A stretch of 64,000 nucleotides of DNA from Eledone cirrhosa (lineage: Eukaryota): assembly GCA_964016885.1 (NCBI GenBank), contig OZ024740.1:127534001-127598000 (forward strand), read 5' to 3'. Position 1 is the first letter of the stretch. Every line of letters begins with the position of its first letter. Below are positions 43,949 to 58,494 of this stretch, piece by piece. A program made the position numbers and the translations under genes. The notes below the pieces were generated by a model. It worked only from the letters and a program-made list of their open reading frames with translations. It had not been told where the DNA came from and did no database searches.

Positions 43949-45390
43949 ATTATTTCACAAACTGTAAATATAATTGCCATGTCACCCACCGACGATATAG
44001 GAATAGATGAGGAATCACGTATAGGGTGATAGATACTGTAAGCAATGAAAATAACAACTGGACAAAGAATTTCGTCATACACCGTATAATAATTACTTGG
44101 ACAATATTGTCCCTAATATACAAAAAGATATTTACTGACCATGATAAGAACATGTCTGAATAAGGTCGGCTGCGTTTAATTTAAGCTGAAGAGAGCTAAT
44201 AACTACATCTCTTGGAACGAGTCATACTCCGCTGCAGTTGTTTGATAAATGGGGACACACGTTGACCTATTATTTTTGTTACCGTTGGCTAAATGCAGAA
44301 ACATTAAAAGGTAAAATTATATTGAAACGTTTGGAAGGCACACTTTACAAAATAGATAATCTACAAACTATGATATCCACATCTGATATTCTTTATTGCA
44401 ATGCAACATTTGAATGGTTCTGCACATATGTCATTCATGCATACGGCTGGTTTATAATATTTGTCTATGCGTGTGAGTGTGCATTTATGTGTATTCGTTC
44501 TGTATATGTATACGAACGCCTCCGTATGTGTGCATGCGTGCGTATATATATGTGTGTGTATGTGTGTTTTTATATGTAGGTTTTTTTATCTATTTGTTTA
44601 CATAGTTATTTATACGTGCGTGTGTATGCGGTTGAATGTATGTGTATGTGTATGTATATGTGTGTATATGTATATGTATGTATGGGTGTAGTATGTATAT
44701 ATGTATATATATATATATATCGCGTACGTACGTGTGATTAGATATACATGTGGCGTTATATATATATATACGTGCCTCGTGTGTATGTATGCACGCACGC
44801 ATGCGCTTTTGTCTGTACGTATTTGTGTGTGTAAATATTTTTATATATATATATGTGTATGTATGTGCGTACCTATGTTTGTTTTCTTTTCTCTAGTGTT
44901 AATTGATTACTTTCTCTTTGATTTAAACATTTTTTTTCATTCTCATATATTGTTTCATTTTTATACATATATCGAGAATGACACTTCTTTTTACTATTAC
45001 ACCCCCTTCCCTCTTTATCTTCCGCATATAAGTGGCGCGCGTGTGTGTGTGTTTACACGCGTGCTTTCATACTCGTATGTGTATTTAATACCTGTATCTG
45101 GATGCGTGTTAACTATATTATCTTACAATTTCTTTTTCAACTCATATTATATACGTATTTGTGGTCACATATACACAAATATACTTGCCATCATCATATA
45201 TGTACTTACGCACACATGTTCACCATACACATGCATTTGTACATACACACATATGTACATTTGTGAGTGTATATACATACTTATACACATAACCTAACTA
45301 TATTTCCTTATACTTTTATTTATATATCATTTGCCCGTTAAACTCTTGCATTTCTTGAAGAGACTTTTCAATTATTTCACTATGTTTTAA

Positions 45391-45466
45391 ATTGCCTTGT
45401 CCGACGAACGAATGAGGACGTTTTTCGTATTCGTCTTATTCGGGAAACCTCTTGTAATGAGGTAAT
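45391..45466 (+). ncRNA. Type I hammerhead, CCGACGA core
   Basis: 10-bp helix I attgccttgt/atgaggtaat, long helix II, GAAA-c-ctctt-g-TA. Confidence 0.7.
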
Positions 45467-45686
45467 TATATTGTATTGTTTATTATACACTAAATTTTGC
45501 TCTGGTACTTACATAGAGCACTCTTCACACCTATGACTTTTTCAATTTTCAACGGAAACTTCAATACTTATACAGCTACCAAGGGATTGATCGTAACATA
45601 TTCTACATATTTATGAGATTGGCACCTTCCAGCCCTTTTAAAGTCGAGCACTCTTCAGTCAATAGGATTTTAAACCAATACTGAAC

Positions 45687-47780
45687 ATGGATAAATATCG
45701 TTTGGATTTCTCTATCAAGAATATCCCAACACCTTCTAACACTTCCTACACGAAAATGCTGATAGACAAAGAAGAGAAAGTTGTTAAAAGAATGAGATGG
45801 AAAGCTTTGATTCTCACGGACTCTACGGAACATTTTCATATCAAAACTCATAAATACCCGCAAAGAGTAAAAGATATGACTGCCTTTGAACTAGACTTAG
45901 TTAATCTAATCAACAATATCAATTTTCGTAAGTACTCTAACCCTTTTCAATCTAAACTATCTAATGATATTTCAATATTCAAATCTTCTAAAAATAAGTT
46001 CATTTTCTCCGACAAAACTCAAAACTTATACGAAGTTAATAATAATTTACAATGCCAACTCTTAATAGATAATATCACCTCTAAATACCAAATAGCTAAT
46101 ATAAACACGTATAATAATATAAATAAGGAAGCTAAAGAATTTAAAAATAGATAATAGGACAGAAAAACTTGCTAAACGTAATGAATATAGCACCCTTAAA
46201 GATCACAAACTTGACTTTATTAATCGTCCTAGTTGTAGATTAATCAACCCTGCTAAGACTGATATCGGTCTTGCCAGAAAAAATGTTTTAAATAATATAA
46301 ACACACAGATTAGAAGTAAGTCTGAATTACTCCAATGGATAAATAGCTCTTCCGTAGTACATTGGTTTAATAATTAAAAATAGTTCTATATTCACCCAAT
46401 TTGACATTGTAGATTTCTACCCGTCTATCACTCAGACTCTTTTAGCGAAAGCCTTAAATTTCGCTAGAAAGTTTACCAATATTTCTGATATTGAAGAGAA
46501 TGTCATCTTCCACGCTAGAAACACTCTACTCTTTACTGATAATGACACTTGGGTAAAAATATCTAACCCAGAGAACCCATTCGATATCTCAATGGGTTCT
46601 TTTGACAGTGCTGATATTTGTGATTTAGTCGGCCTATTCCTCCTACACACACTTAAAGAAAAATTCCATAACCATATTTTTGGGCTTTATCGCGACGATG
46701 GTCTAATACTTTCCCATACCACCATAGGCCATACATTAGATAGATTAAGGAAAGACTTAATAAAAACCTTCGCTAGTTTTAATCTTAAAATTACTATTGA
46801 CACTAACCTTTCCAATGTTAATTTTCTAGATATAAACCTAGATCTGCCTACTGCTTCTTATAAACCATACCATAAACTTAATGAAAATGTAAAATATATA
46901 AATAAAGGCTCTTGCCATCCTCCTATAGTTTTTAAAAACCTTATCCCTAATATTAGCCGTAGGATCTCCACCCTCTCTTCCTCAGAAGCTATTTTCAATA
47001 AGGCATCGCCCTACAATGATAATGCCCTTCAAAATAGCGGATTTAGCGAACTGATTAAGTACGTACCCAATAATACTAACTCTTTTAAACATAATAATAG
47101 GAAAAACAAATCTGGTTCACACCCCCTGCTATCTAGCAGTTAAAACTAATGTAGGCAAAACATTCCTAGAGCTCTTAGATAAACATTTCCCTAGAACACA
47201 TTGATACTATAAGATCTTCAATAGAAACTGTGTCAAAATTTGCTACTCCTGCGGTCCCCCTATGAAATCTTATATCATCAATAAGAAATCACCCAGAGAA
47301 CATCAAAATTGCTCCTGTAGAGTCAAAAGTGAATGCCCATTACAAGGTAAATGCAACACCAAAGCCATTGTATATGCGGCTGAAGTGACAACCATCAGCA
47401 AACCAGCCACCAGCGAACTATATGTGGGTATGACACAAGACAAATTCGAAACGCGTTATTACTCACATGTCGCATCTTTCCGACATCCAGAAAAAAGATT
47501 CACAACAGCTCTGGCTAGCAGAATATGGGATTTGAAAGACCAAGATATCCAATATAAATTGGATTGGTCAATTTTTAACCAATCTAAAGAATATGCAAGA
47601 GGAACAAGAAGATGCACACTCTGCATAAGTGACAAATATTGGATTTTACAGAACCTTAAATCACCAAAAACCTGCCTAAATACAAAAACAGAAATTTTCG
47701 CCAGTTGCCCACACATGAAATCACACTTACTTTCCAGCTCATATAAACTTAACCCACTTTCAGATACTTATCCTCCATAA
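45687..47780 (+). pseudogene. PLE RT plus GIY-YIG ORF with several disruptions
   Basis: FSIKNIP..KRMRWKA, SDKTQNLY, FDIVDFYPSI, MGSFDSADICDLVG, LYRDDGL, CSCRVKSECPLQGKC..IVY..YVGMT, CTLC. Confidence 0.92.
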
Positions 47781-48990
47781 ACTCTTATTCTTCACTTTCC
47801 TTAAATTATCCTCTTTACAGATTTCTCTTTCTGATTTACTTTCATTTTTAACTTTATTTTTAATTTTATTTTTATTTTTACTTCACATCCCCCAGTAACC
47901 CCACCCCCCACTACTTTTCGATTCACTTACATAATATCTTCACATTCCATATTTTACTTCCCCATTTTCTTTCACTACCTGATAACAAATGCCACTTGCG
48001 TTTTCCACTCAGATATATTCTGTTGTTTCGCAGCCGATTATATATTTGTACTCATTCACTCATACGGCTGGTTTATAATCTGTATCTATGCGTGTGAGTG
48101 TGCATATGTATGTATACGTTCTGTATATGTATACGAACGCCTCCGTATGTGTGCATGCGTACGTATATATATGTGTGTGTATGTGTGTTTTTATATCTAG
48201 GTTTTTACATACTTATTTATACGTGCGTGTGTATGCGGGTGAATGTATGTGTATGTGTATGTATATGTGTGTATATGTATATGTATGTATGGGTGTGTAT
48301 GTATATATGTATATATTTATATAGTCGCGTACGTACGTGTGATTAGATATACATGTGGCGATATATATATATATATACGTGCCTCGTGTTTATGTATGTA
48401 CGCATGCATGTGCTTTTGTCTGTACGTATTTTTGTGTATAAATATATATATATATATATGTGTGTATCTGCGTACCTATGTTTGTTTTCGTTTCTCTAGT
48501 GTTAATTGATTACTTTCTCTTCGATTTAAACATTTTTTTCATTCTCATATATTGTTTCGTTTTTATACATATATCGAGAATGACACTTCTTTTTACTATT
48601 ACACCCCCTTCCCTCTTTATCTTCCGCATATAAGCGACTGCGCGCGTGTGTGTGTCTATACGCGTGCTTTCATACTCGTATGTGTATTTAATACCTGTAT
48701 CTGGATGCGTGTTAACTATATTATCTTACAATTTCTTTTTCAACTCATATTATGTACGTATTTGTGGTCACATATACACAAATATACTTGCCATCATATA
48801 TGTACTTACGCACACATTTTCACCATACACATGCATTTGTACATACATACATATGTACATTTGTGAGTATATATACATACTTATTCACATACCCTAACTA
48901 TATTTCCTTATACTTTTATTTATATATTTTTTGCCCGTTAAACTCTTGCATTTCTTGAGGAGACTTTTCAAATATTTCACTATGTTTTAA

Positions 48991-49066
48991 ATTGCCTTGT
49001 CCGAAGGACGAATGAGGACGTTTTTCGTATTCGTCTTATTCGGGAAATCTCTGGTAATGAGGTAAT
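48991..49066 (+). ncRNA. Hammerhead copy in the 3' pLTR (degenerate core CCGAAGG)
   Basis: Exactly 3600 bp downstream of 45391. Confidence 0.6.
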
Positions 49067-49088
49067 TATATTGTATTGTTTATTATAC

Positions 49089-49148
<60 letters not shown>

Positions 49149-49260
49149 TAACAGATTAAAGTTTAAGCAAAGGATAGCTGCTTTCAACCTTAACGGGATC
49201 TTCTGAAACTAAACAATTCAATCTGTGAACGAAAAAGTAAATATTGCGAAAAACGTTAAA

Positions 49261-49302
<42 letters not shown>

Positions 49303-49399
49303 GCTATATATACATACACACACACCGCGTCATAATGTCGTAATGCAGACATCTGACATACAGACAGATATTATAAGGGCGCAACGTTATATCTATGTA

Positions 49400-49606
49400 T
49401 CTATCTAAAAAGAAAGACTAAGAATTATAGAAAGAGATCGCTAAATCGCCTAATGCGGTTCGTGGTGCATTGAACCTTTGAAATATTTGCTCAAAACACT
49501 CACAGGACAATAAGTACTACATGTGTAAATTTTGAAAACAATCGGTCAGAAGGTTCTCGAATTTTAGGGAGTCAGACAGACAGGCATTCTCTCTATTAGA
49601 TATATA
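49400..49606 (-). mobile_element. Probable non-autonomous Helitron 5' fragment
   Basis: Minus strand reads tatatatctaatagagagaatgcctgtctgtctgac...cgagaaccttctgaccgattgttttcaaaattt, a Lep1/DINE-like pattern. Confidence 0.5.
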
Positions 49607-50339
49607 GTTTAGCAACACCATCTTATAAGGTGAATTAAGCTTATAACATGTCTGATCCTCTTGATAATGTGATCTACCTTATACAATTAATGAGATCATC
49701 CTGTACAGTCAAAAATATACAGAAGTTCAAGTAAAACTATTTAGTGGTATAAAAATGTATAGACATATAGTAATACAAAATGATATACATATATGTGTGT
49801 TAGTCTTTGGGTGAACGAAGTATTTATATATTCATCTGAAGTGGTATACCATTGCTGGAGATTTATATTTACTAACTCGATGTATGAATCTGTATACAGC
49901 ACTGACGAACACAAATCACTTGAATTACACATAAAGAGTGGGTAGTTCCTATAGTGTTGATATGGGCCAACACCATTGCGGAGTAAAACGAAGAGAAATT
50001 AATAGAGAAGCCAAAAATAAATTATTAGTAAATATACTTGTGCTATCGTTGATTTAAAACCATTCTAATCGGATTGAACTTTCCCAATTCACACATATAT
50101 AACAAGATCTCCAAAAATTACTTCTGTTAAGGCGATTTGTAGATGAATAGGCAACATGAATTTAAAGCTCGCATATCACAACAGAGAGTCCACAAATATC
50201 GAACAATCAACCCTAAACCAATGTGATTCCAGACAAACAGCAATATGAACCTGGATGAAACGCTCGTGATAAAAGACACAGTATGCAGAGCAGATATAGA
50301 ATCAACGTGCCATGCTGTACAACAGAACCCTCTGTGTTC

Positions 50340-51265
50340 AGAGAACGTGAGGCCGCTTGTGAGACGTGGGACCAGCTGGGACTTAGCCCAGTATACGTCC
50401 CTCCTCCTTCTCCTCCTGTTGACGTCAAGTACCCCCAACGCACTTGGGATGCCATCCAGTGCAGCCTGGCCTCAGATAGGCTCACGCGCCAGCTCGACCA
50501 GCACGGGCTTGCTTGTTTTCGTCGGCCTCCAAACCCCACAGTGGTGCCTGGCTCCATGCTCTGCCTTCCTTCTCCACTGGCACCAGCTAGACAACCATAG
50601 CCTGCGAATCGACGTTTCCCTGAGGCTCGGCCTCCGGATCTGCCACCCACACCAATGTAGCTGCGGTTCCACCGTGAACTCTTTCGGCCTCCATCCGCTT
50701 TCCTGTCACCAGAGTGCCGGCCGCATTCCACGCCATACTGCCCTCAACGAGGTCATTAAGCATGGCTTGGATGCTGCAGGCTTCCCTTCCCAGCTCGAGC
50801 CGGTGGGGCTGGATCGAGGGGACGGCAAAAGGGCTGATGGCATGACCATCTTCCCGTTCCGCGATGGCAAACCCCTCGTCTGGGATGTCACTTGCACCCA
50901 CACTTTCTGCAGCAGCAACCTGGTGCAGTCTGCAACTGACACAGGTTCTGCTGCGCGTCGGGCTGAGGGTGCCAAGCTCCTCAAATACCGGTCGCTCTCC
51001 GACAGGTTTTCGGTCGTTCACCTGGCAATGGAAATTTCTGGTGTCCTCGGCCCCAGGGCTACCTCCTTACTCACCACCATAGGCACTGAGCTGGCCAGCC
51101 GCAGGTGTGAGCCCCGCGAGTTGGAGTGGCTTTTCCAGCGCGTCTCCCTTGCCGTCCTCCGGGGAAACGCTTTCTCCATTCTGTCCACCGGGGCTGTGTG
51201 TGGGGCCCATCGCGTACCAATACATTAGTTAAATACCATTCTGTGATCTGATACAACACAATAAA
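50340..51265 (+). mobile_element. CRE-type non-LTR retrotransposon 3' fragment (CCHC plus restriction-like endonuclease)
   Basis: LRLG..CSCG..HPLSC..RH..LN...RADG..WDVT...EGAKLLKY..E.SGVLG..QRVSLAVLRGNA; GC-rich; AATAAA at about 51260. Confidence 0.85.
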
Positions 51266-53299
51266 GACCGACTAAACAATTATGGAGAAATAACGCTTAT
51301 ATCAAGATGTATTATGATTGAATCATAAGATAGTAAACGCTACATACAAGCCGCTTTTTCATTCAGTTAGTGTCTACAATGACAACGGTGTAAACTTTAT
51401 AGCTACTTTTATTTGGATTTTCAACGTAAGAGAGCAAACAACGCCATGTTGAAACACTTTTGTCCCTGTACATCAGTCCATATTCCTGAAGAACCTACTA
51501 CAACAAGTCCTGTGAAACGCGTTCATGTGCCTCGTCGAGGTCTAGGAAACAAGGATAAACTTTTGGCAATATACCCACGATTTCTGAAATATTTTGTCGG
51601 ATGTGCTTCGTTCAGTGCAAAAACCATAATTTTGGGACCTCTGCGTCCGTGTGGTTAATCATCGCTACCAGATGTAACTCATATCCATCACAACATGCTA
51701 TTTAAACCACGTTTAGGAGATCGGCAAACTGTTTTCTCCACCCCCGTGAGGATGCTGCTTGCTGAAGAGAGAAGAGCCTCCAGCGTGTTCTTGATAGATG
51801 GCATGGATGGGCTACCAGAATATTTTATTTGCAGAAGCAAATTCGGATTCAGCTTAAACTTAATGTGCTCTCATATCTTAACTTTGGAGTCCTTTACTGT
51901 CTCTACTACGATATTCCACACGTGCTTGTAATGCGATAGAATAAGGAAGGCATAGATGCAAGCCAATATTTGTAGGCCTTCTACTTTACTCTAGATAGCA
52001 TTTTCTGCCACTTGGTTGAACGAAGAGGTTTTTCGGTCATCGACGGCCAGTCCTTGCAGCCTACACACAAAACATTCAAGCTGAAGCAGGAACTGTCGAG
52101 CCGAAAAGTATCCAGTCATTTCAACGCCCACAGTTTTCTAAGGGTGTTCTCTTAATTTAGATGCAATAGTACCCGCATGCCTGTTCCTTACATCCTCATT
52201 GGCCAGTGATTAGCTCTTTATCCTGTAGGTCCAGCTGGGCCTGCCATGTTTGTGGGCTTTCTCATGTAGTCTAAGGCAGCATATAACTAGATGGTGGTCA
52301 GATTGCAGCTCACATCCTCTCTTAAAAAGAATATCCATCTCAGAAGAGAAGTGAACTGCGACAATTACAAAATCAATTATTGATCTCTGTCCCTCATTAC
52401 ATTTGTATCATATGTATGGAAAGCTGGCTTGTACTGGAAGACGGTATTCATAATAGCGTCCTTTACTAGAACAGATATCTAATAAGGCATCTCGCTTTGT
52501 ATTAAGACTACTTTCAGAGCTCTCCTTTCCACGACATGTGGTCAGTGCCAACATGTGCATTGAAGTCTCCCCTTACTCAGTCAACGAAAACTAATGCCGC
52601 AGTGAATTCATAAAAAAAAGGATCTTATTTAAGTGCTCTGCTTGCCGTACAATCAGGCACCGCCCAAATAAACCTTTCTTTCTACACAAGCTTCCAGAGA
52701 CAAATCATGCCACCCGATGGAATTCACTTCATGGCACATTCTGACATCTTAGGGTGTATGAAAATCCACAACGCCATACCTGAATATAATATATCGAAGC
52801 CTACTGATCCATATATTTACATACACATATATCATTGCATTTACACACATACATGTGAACTTACATATCTTCTTGCGTCTGAAGTAAATTTATTTAATTC
52901 TTTTGAATTTATTCTACGGATTACTGCCATTTACGAATTCATAATATTCTGATCAATTGAACCACTCCGGCATGTAACATTTTATACTTCCTTGTGGTTT
53001 ATTAGTAGGTGAGGTATTTTTAGCGCTTCTTTTAACTAGTCAACCGTCCAACTATTAATTTTTGTCATACATGCCACTAAATTCGTGACACATACATAGC
53101 GGCCACTTCAAGGGTTTCTCTACTTATTGTGAAAATGATTTATAAAAGTCGTGTTCATCGGACGTTCGATATCCTGGCTTGTTAAGATGCCTAATACTAC
53201 GCTTGCTCTATGGTACTACAGTGGGTGTATGTGAAGTAAGTATAGTTAATGTGTCTGAACTTAATTGCTAACTTCTATTTATAAATTCATAATGCACTG

Positions 53300-55160
53300 C
53301 TTTATTCAGTGAGGTACTCGGTAGCAGTTGGACATTATGGTCTATGTGTGTGTATGTGTGTGTGTGTCAGAGAATAAGTGGAGGTGTAAGAGTGCGTATG
53401 TGTGCGTGTGTGTGTGAGATGGTTCGTGGTGGGCTAGGTGCTCTATCATGTTAAAAATTGGGTATTGAGTTCTAGTCTGTTATTGATTAGTGGTTGTGTT
53501 TTGTCTATAATTAGTGCTTCTTTAATTCTAAGATTGCCGAGGTTTCTTTCCTTAGCTTCTATCCTAACTATTATGTTTTTGTTGGTGTTTTTGCATTTCC
53601 CTAGGTGTTTCTTAAATGAGGAAGCGTCAGTGTTGAGGTTATTCTAATGTGGAGTGGTCTGGTGGTGCTACCTATGTTTAAATTGTTGCAATTGTCGGAC
53701 TCTAATCTGTATACGACGTAAGCCTGGTGGTATAGGTCTGTGTCGTCGATGGGGCAGTTGGCTAGCCTGCATCGGCTGTCATGTCTGGTGGAGTGTCTTT
53801 TGGTTAGCTGTCCGCGTAGAGAAGGTCCTCAGTGGGCTAGCTGGATATCTAGTCCCTCTCGTCTGATAGCTCTGCGGATGGCTGTTGCTGTTTCGTCACT
53901 GAAGTGTAGGGGCTTCAGGAAGCAGGTGTTAGTGCCTCGGGTGTGGTGTCCTCTGTCGTTTCTGGCACGGTTCGTGGTGGACCTCGGGTATCCGTTCAGT
54001 TTAAGTACTTCCAAGAAATGTGTGGTGTGTGTGTCCCGATTTCTTGCGTCGGTGCATTTCTTTTTGATACGTGTTAGTTCGTTCCTTATGTATCCGATCT
54101 TAGCGCTGACTGGGAGGGCTGATCTAACATTTACGACAGATCTCTTCTGGCGGCTTTTTTATAGAAGTAGGTGTGGATGTCGCCTTCCTCTGTTACCCTG
54201 AGTTGGAAGTCCAATAGGGATAGGGATCCGCGGTCATCGGGGTGTTCCATGCTGAACTTTATATTGACGTCAATGCTGGAGAATATCATGTATACGTTAA
54301 TCCGCTTCTTCACGGGATGATATGAGGATTAGTATGTAATCTACTTATCGGGTGAAGAAGGTATAGGAATGGCAGGTGCTGGTTCCTATTAGTAATGGCC
54401 AGCAGGCCCGACGGCTGGATCCCATGCGTAATCCTGTTTTCTGTCCGTATGTGTGGTGGTCGAAGGTCAAGTATGTGTTGTCCACTGTGAAGGACAAAAG
54501 CTGTTGTTTGTCCGTCGGATGGAGGCCGTAGCAGTGGACGTCTTCTACGATCACGCTGTCCGTCAATAAATCGACAGCCGGGTGAGCGGGGACTGAAGTG
54601 TAGAGGGATACAACGTCGAGGCTGAAGGCTTATTTACTTAATTTAAGTTGTTCTGGCTGGAGTTGATGTAGTCTACATATGATCTCGTCGGAGCTACTGA
54701 CATGCCCGGGAAAGGTAGAGAGTAGATGCTTGAGAACCTGGGAGAGAAGCCAGGAGATTTTGTATAGAGGCCCTTCTATGCTAGAGACGATGGGTCTTAT
54801 TTGTGACTTAGTACTATTCTTGTCGGTCTTGATGAGGTGATAGAAAGTGGGAAGTCTGCTATTTCTAGTGGTGCAATTGAACTTAAATTTATTTGGGAGT
54901 TGTCTTCTACTACAGATGTCGAACCAGATGGAATTGGCCTGTTTTTCGATCTGGGCTGCAGTCATGTCCGGGACCCCTGTATACAGTTCGTTGTCGCTTA
55001 AGTGTTCAAAGGCTAGGTTGTTGTATGTTGCTTGAGAGATGACACAAAACTCTTTACCTTTGTTGGATGGTATGTATATGAGTTCCCTATTCCGCAGGTT
55101 CTTCAGGGCGAGTTTTTGCGTCCTGGAAAGGTTTGGGGCTATCTTCTTCTGTTTTCGGTA
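53300..55160 (-). mobile_element. PLE (Penelope/Poseidon-like) RT plus GIY-YIG, degenerate
   Basis: PSNKGK, PTFYHLIKT..IRPIVS, SLDVVSLYTSVP, GLRMGS, NIKFSME..LLDF, VVY...GST. Confidence 0.88.
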
Positions 55161-55169
55161 ATATCAAGG

Positions 55170-57028
55170 ATATTGGAGAAAATTAGTCTTTTACCTTAAA
55201 TTATTTGAATATCCTTAATTTTCGAGATAATATCTCCGAGGGAAGTAAAGGGGATAACCCAGGGTTCTAATTAGCTTGCCAAGTCATGATGACAGGAAAT
55301 AGTATAGAAATTCCATTCTATCTCTAATGTCAAGGAGTGAAGGTTAGGTGGTAAAAGACTAATTGTCAGCAATATATTTTACATTTGTATTTATATTCTA
55401 TATCCATACCTGTATTGGTCTGGCCTTCTAACTCTAAACGTTTATACCTCACTACGTAATGCTTCAAGTAAACTACAATTTCCTCCTTTCCTTATGCCTG
55501 AGCCTGGGCCAGTTTACAACTGTAAAGAAACTCTTCCAGCTATCTGAAAGGCGCGCCAACGCCGGTTGTCAAATAAACTTCCTCAAACGGTGCCTAAATA
55601 ACAACATCATCCCCAAAACTATCAAAAACCTGCACCTACCAACATGCTTCAAATCACCAGGCCTCAAACGATCACTTAGCTACATACAAACATTCTGTCT
55701 AAGAAAACTCATACAACACCTACACCGCACGCTACAACAACACATAAGGACAATTTCTAGCCTAGTACCACAACTCGCTGAAACCCCAGAACCTCTGCTC
55801 AGAGTAATTTCCTCTGCTATAGACAGGTCCTAGCACCATTGCCGAGATTACGAGAAAATACGCCTAAAGCAAATATTTCTCAAACTCAACACGGCTGACC
55901 GTCCTAACAGCAACCCAACTCTAAGCACCAACAGAGGCGAACAAGACGGTACCAACATCGAACCTTCTTCACCCGATATGTAGATGACATACTCATCCTT
56001 ACATCATCCCGTGAAGAAGCAGATTATATATACGTGATATTATCCAGCATGGACGCCAATATAAAGTTCAGCATGGAACACCCCGATGACAGCGGTTTCC
56101 TATCACTATTGGACTTCCAACTCAGGGTAACAGAGGAATGCGACAGTCACCCCTGCTTCTATAAAAGAGCCGCCAGCAAGAACTTATTCGTCCATTTCAG
56201 ATCAGACCTCCCTGTCAGCGCTAAGTTCGGATACATAAGGAACGAACTAACACGTATCCAGAACAAATACACCGACGCAAGAGTCCCGGACAAACACACC
56301 ACACATTTCCTGGAAGTACATAAACTGAACGGATACACGAGGTCCACCGCGAACCGTGCCAGAAACAACAGGGCACTAATGCCTGATTCCTGAAGCTCCC
56401 ACACTTCAGTGACAAAACAACAACAGCCATCCGCAGAGCTATCAGACGAGATGAACTAGATATCCAGCTAACCCACTTAGGACCTTCTCTACGCGTACAG
56501 CTCACCAAAGGACACTACACCAGACATGACAGCCGTTGCCGGCTAGCCAACTGCCCCATCGACGACACAGACCTATGCCACCAGGCTTACGTCGTATACA
56601 CATTAGAGTCCGACAAATGTAGCAATTTCTACATAGGTAGCACCACCAGACCACTTCACATTAGAATAAAAGAACACCTCAACACTAACGCTGCCTCGTT
56701 TAAGAAACACCTAGTGAAATGCAAAAACACCTACAAAAACCTAATAGTTCGGATAGAAGCTAAGGAAAGAAACTCGGCATTCATAGAATTAAAGAAGCAC
56801 TAATTATAGACAAAACACAACCACCAATCAATAACTGACTAGAACTCAACACCCAATTTTTAACATGATAGAGCTCCTAGCCCCCCACTTACACCTCCAC
56901 GTACCACCTCGCACACTAAGACATGCACGCTTACACCTTCAATTATTCTCTCACACACACACATAGACCAGTTTTAACATGATAGATCATCTAATCCCCA
57001 CATTTATATATAAACATATCCTCACACA

Positions 57029-57062
<34 letters not shown>

Positions 57063-57386
57063 TGCTTACACCTTCACGTATTTACCCACACCCATAAACA
57101 TACATGTCCAAACCCTTTTAAAGGGAGACAACTCTTTATCCACCTAACCTTCACTCTTTGACATTATAAATAGAATGGAATTTCGATACTATTTCCTGTC
57201 AGCATGACTTGGCAAGCTAATTAGAACACTGGATTAACCCCATTAATTCCCTCCGTAGAAGAGATAGTATCTCGAAAATTAATGATATTCAAATAAATTT
57301 AATGTAAAAGATTAATTTTCAACAATATCTCTTGCATTTGTATTTATATCCATACCTGCATCGTTCTGCCCTTCTAACTCCAAACG

Positions 57387-57391
<5 letters not shown>
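55170..57391 (+). mobile_element. Same PLE family on the opposite strand: inverted pLTR, pLTR stub, internally deleted ORF, pLTR
   Basis: N-terminus FLKRCLNNNIIPK (55459-55833) jumps to RYVDDI at about 55975. 55975-56880 mirrors 53435-54350, 55170-55350 mirrors 57138-57327, and 55351-55445 matches 57304-57391. Confidence 0.88.
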
Positions 57392-57420
<29 letters not shown>

Positions 57421-58494
57421 TGGATACTTAGTAAAATCGAATCTCTGGCGGTTTGCAAGCAGAATCTATTATAAAACATTTTTACATCCATGATTCAAAT
57501 ATATAGCAAATATACAAACTATAAATTATTATAGACCTTATTTTGAACTCTGAATTATCCATGCATTTATTATTGTCTTTATTATAATTATATATGTATT
57601 TAACTATAACACGTTCGAACTTCATTATATAAAATTATAACCGTTATCATTTACCTAAAGTATACTGTATCAATAATATCTAATTTATATCCGTATGTAC
57701 CTCACTGCATCTTTCTATACATAATTTTTAGTTAACTTCTAAATTTCTTGATTAATATTTATTTTGAACTATGAATAATTAATGCATTTACACCCTGTTA
57801 TATATAGGTATATATTTAACTTTAGCATGCCTCAATCTATCATTTTATTTTTATTTTCGTTATCAGTTACCTAAAATATACTGGCTCATTAATATATATC
57901 TATATACATAATCGTTATTTAAATATTTCTAACAATAAGTTGACAATGATTATCTTCGGTAAAGTTTACATTTAGGAAAATATTCAACAGTGTAAACTTT
58001 ACTTTCCGCTAGCCAGCTAAATCCTTTAAATGTTATCCTCATAAAATTCAGAAGTTTAGAAATGTTAAAACACTTATAGAATTTACAAAACCAATAAATA
58101 TAAATAAACAGCAATTTAAAAAAAAACTTAAAATCTTGATTCTTCACCCTAAAATAGCATAAACTAAACATTTTCAAACTTAACCGTTTAACTTTCGGAA
58201 AAAAATCTCCTTCTACATATATTGCCCCTTATCTTTCCCTCTCTATATATCCTATTCCAGTGGCTCTCATTGACTATTTTCCTAGATAAACATAAATTGT
58301 TGTATCATACATTTTAAAATCTCTATAACTGTTACATTAAGCAAAGTTTTTCTTACTCACACATTCTCTATTGAATTTATTACGTTTTCGCATTTTCTCA
58401 TTATTAGGCTATAAATGTTAATCTTTCTCTTAGGTTAATCACTACCTTGATTAAATCTTAACCATTTAACATCTCAGGGTATGTCATGTATCAT

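Larger units (their letters stand above)
44431..49089 (+). mobile_element. Full-length Hydra-like PLE with two direct pLTRs (44431-45489 and 48052-49089)
   Basis: Direct repeats of about 1.05 kb flank the ORF; each has an HHR near its end; the 3' end joins (TA)n. Confidence 0.93.

Noticed and set aside
44431-49089. LTR retrotransposon interpretation of the 1-kb direct repeats
   Set aside because: No TG..CA ends, PBS, gag or integrase; the ORF is PLE RT plus GIY-YIG.
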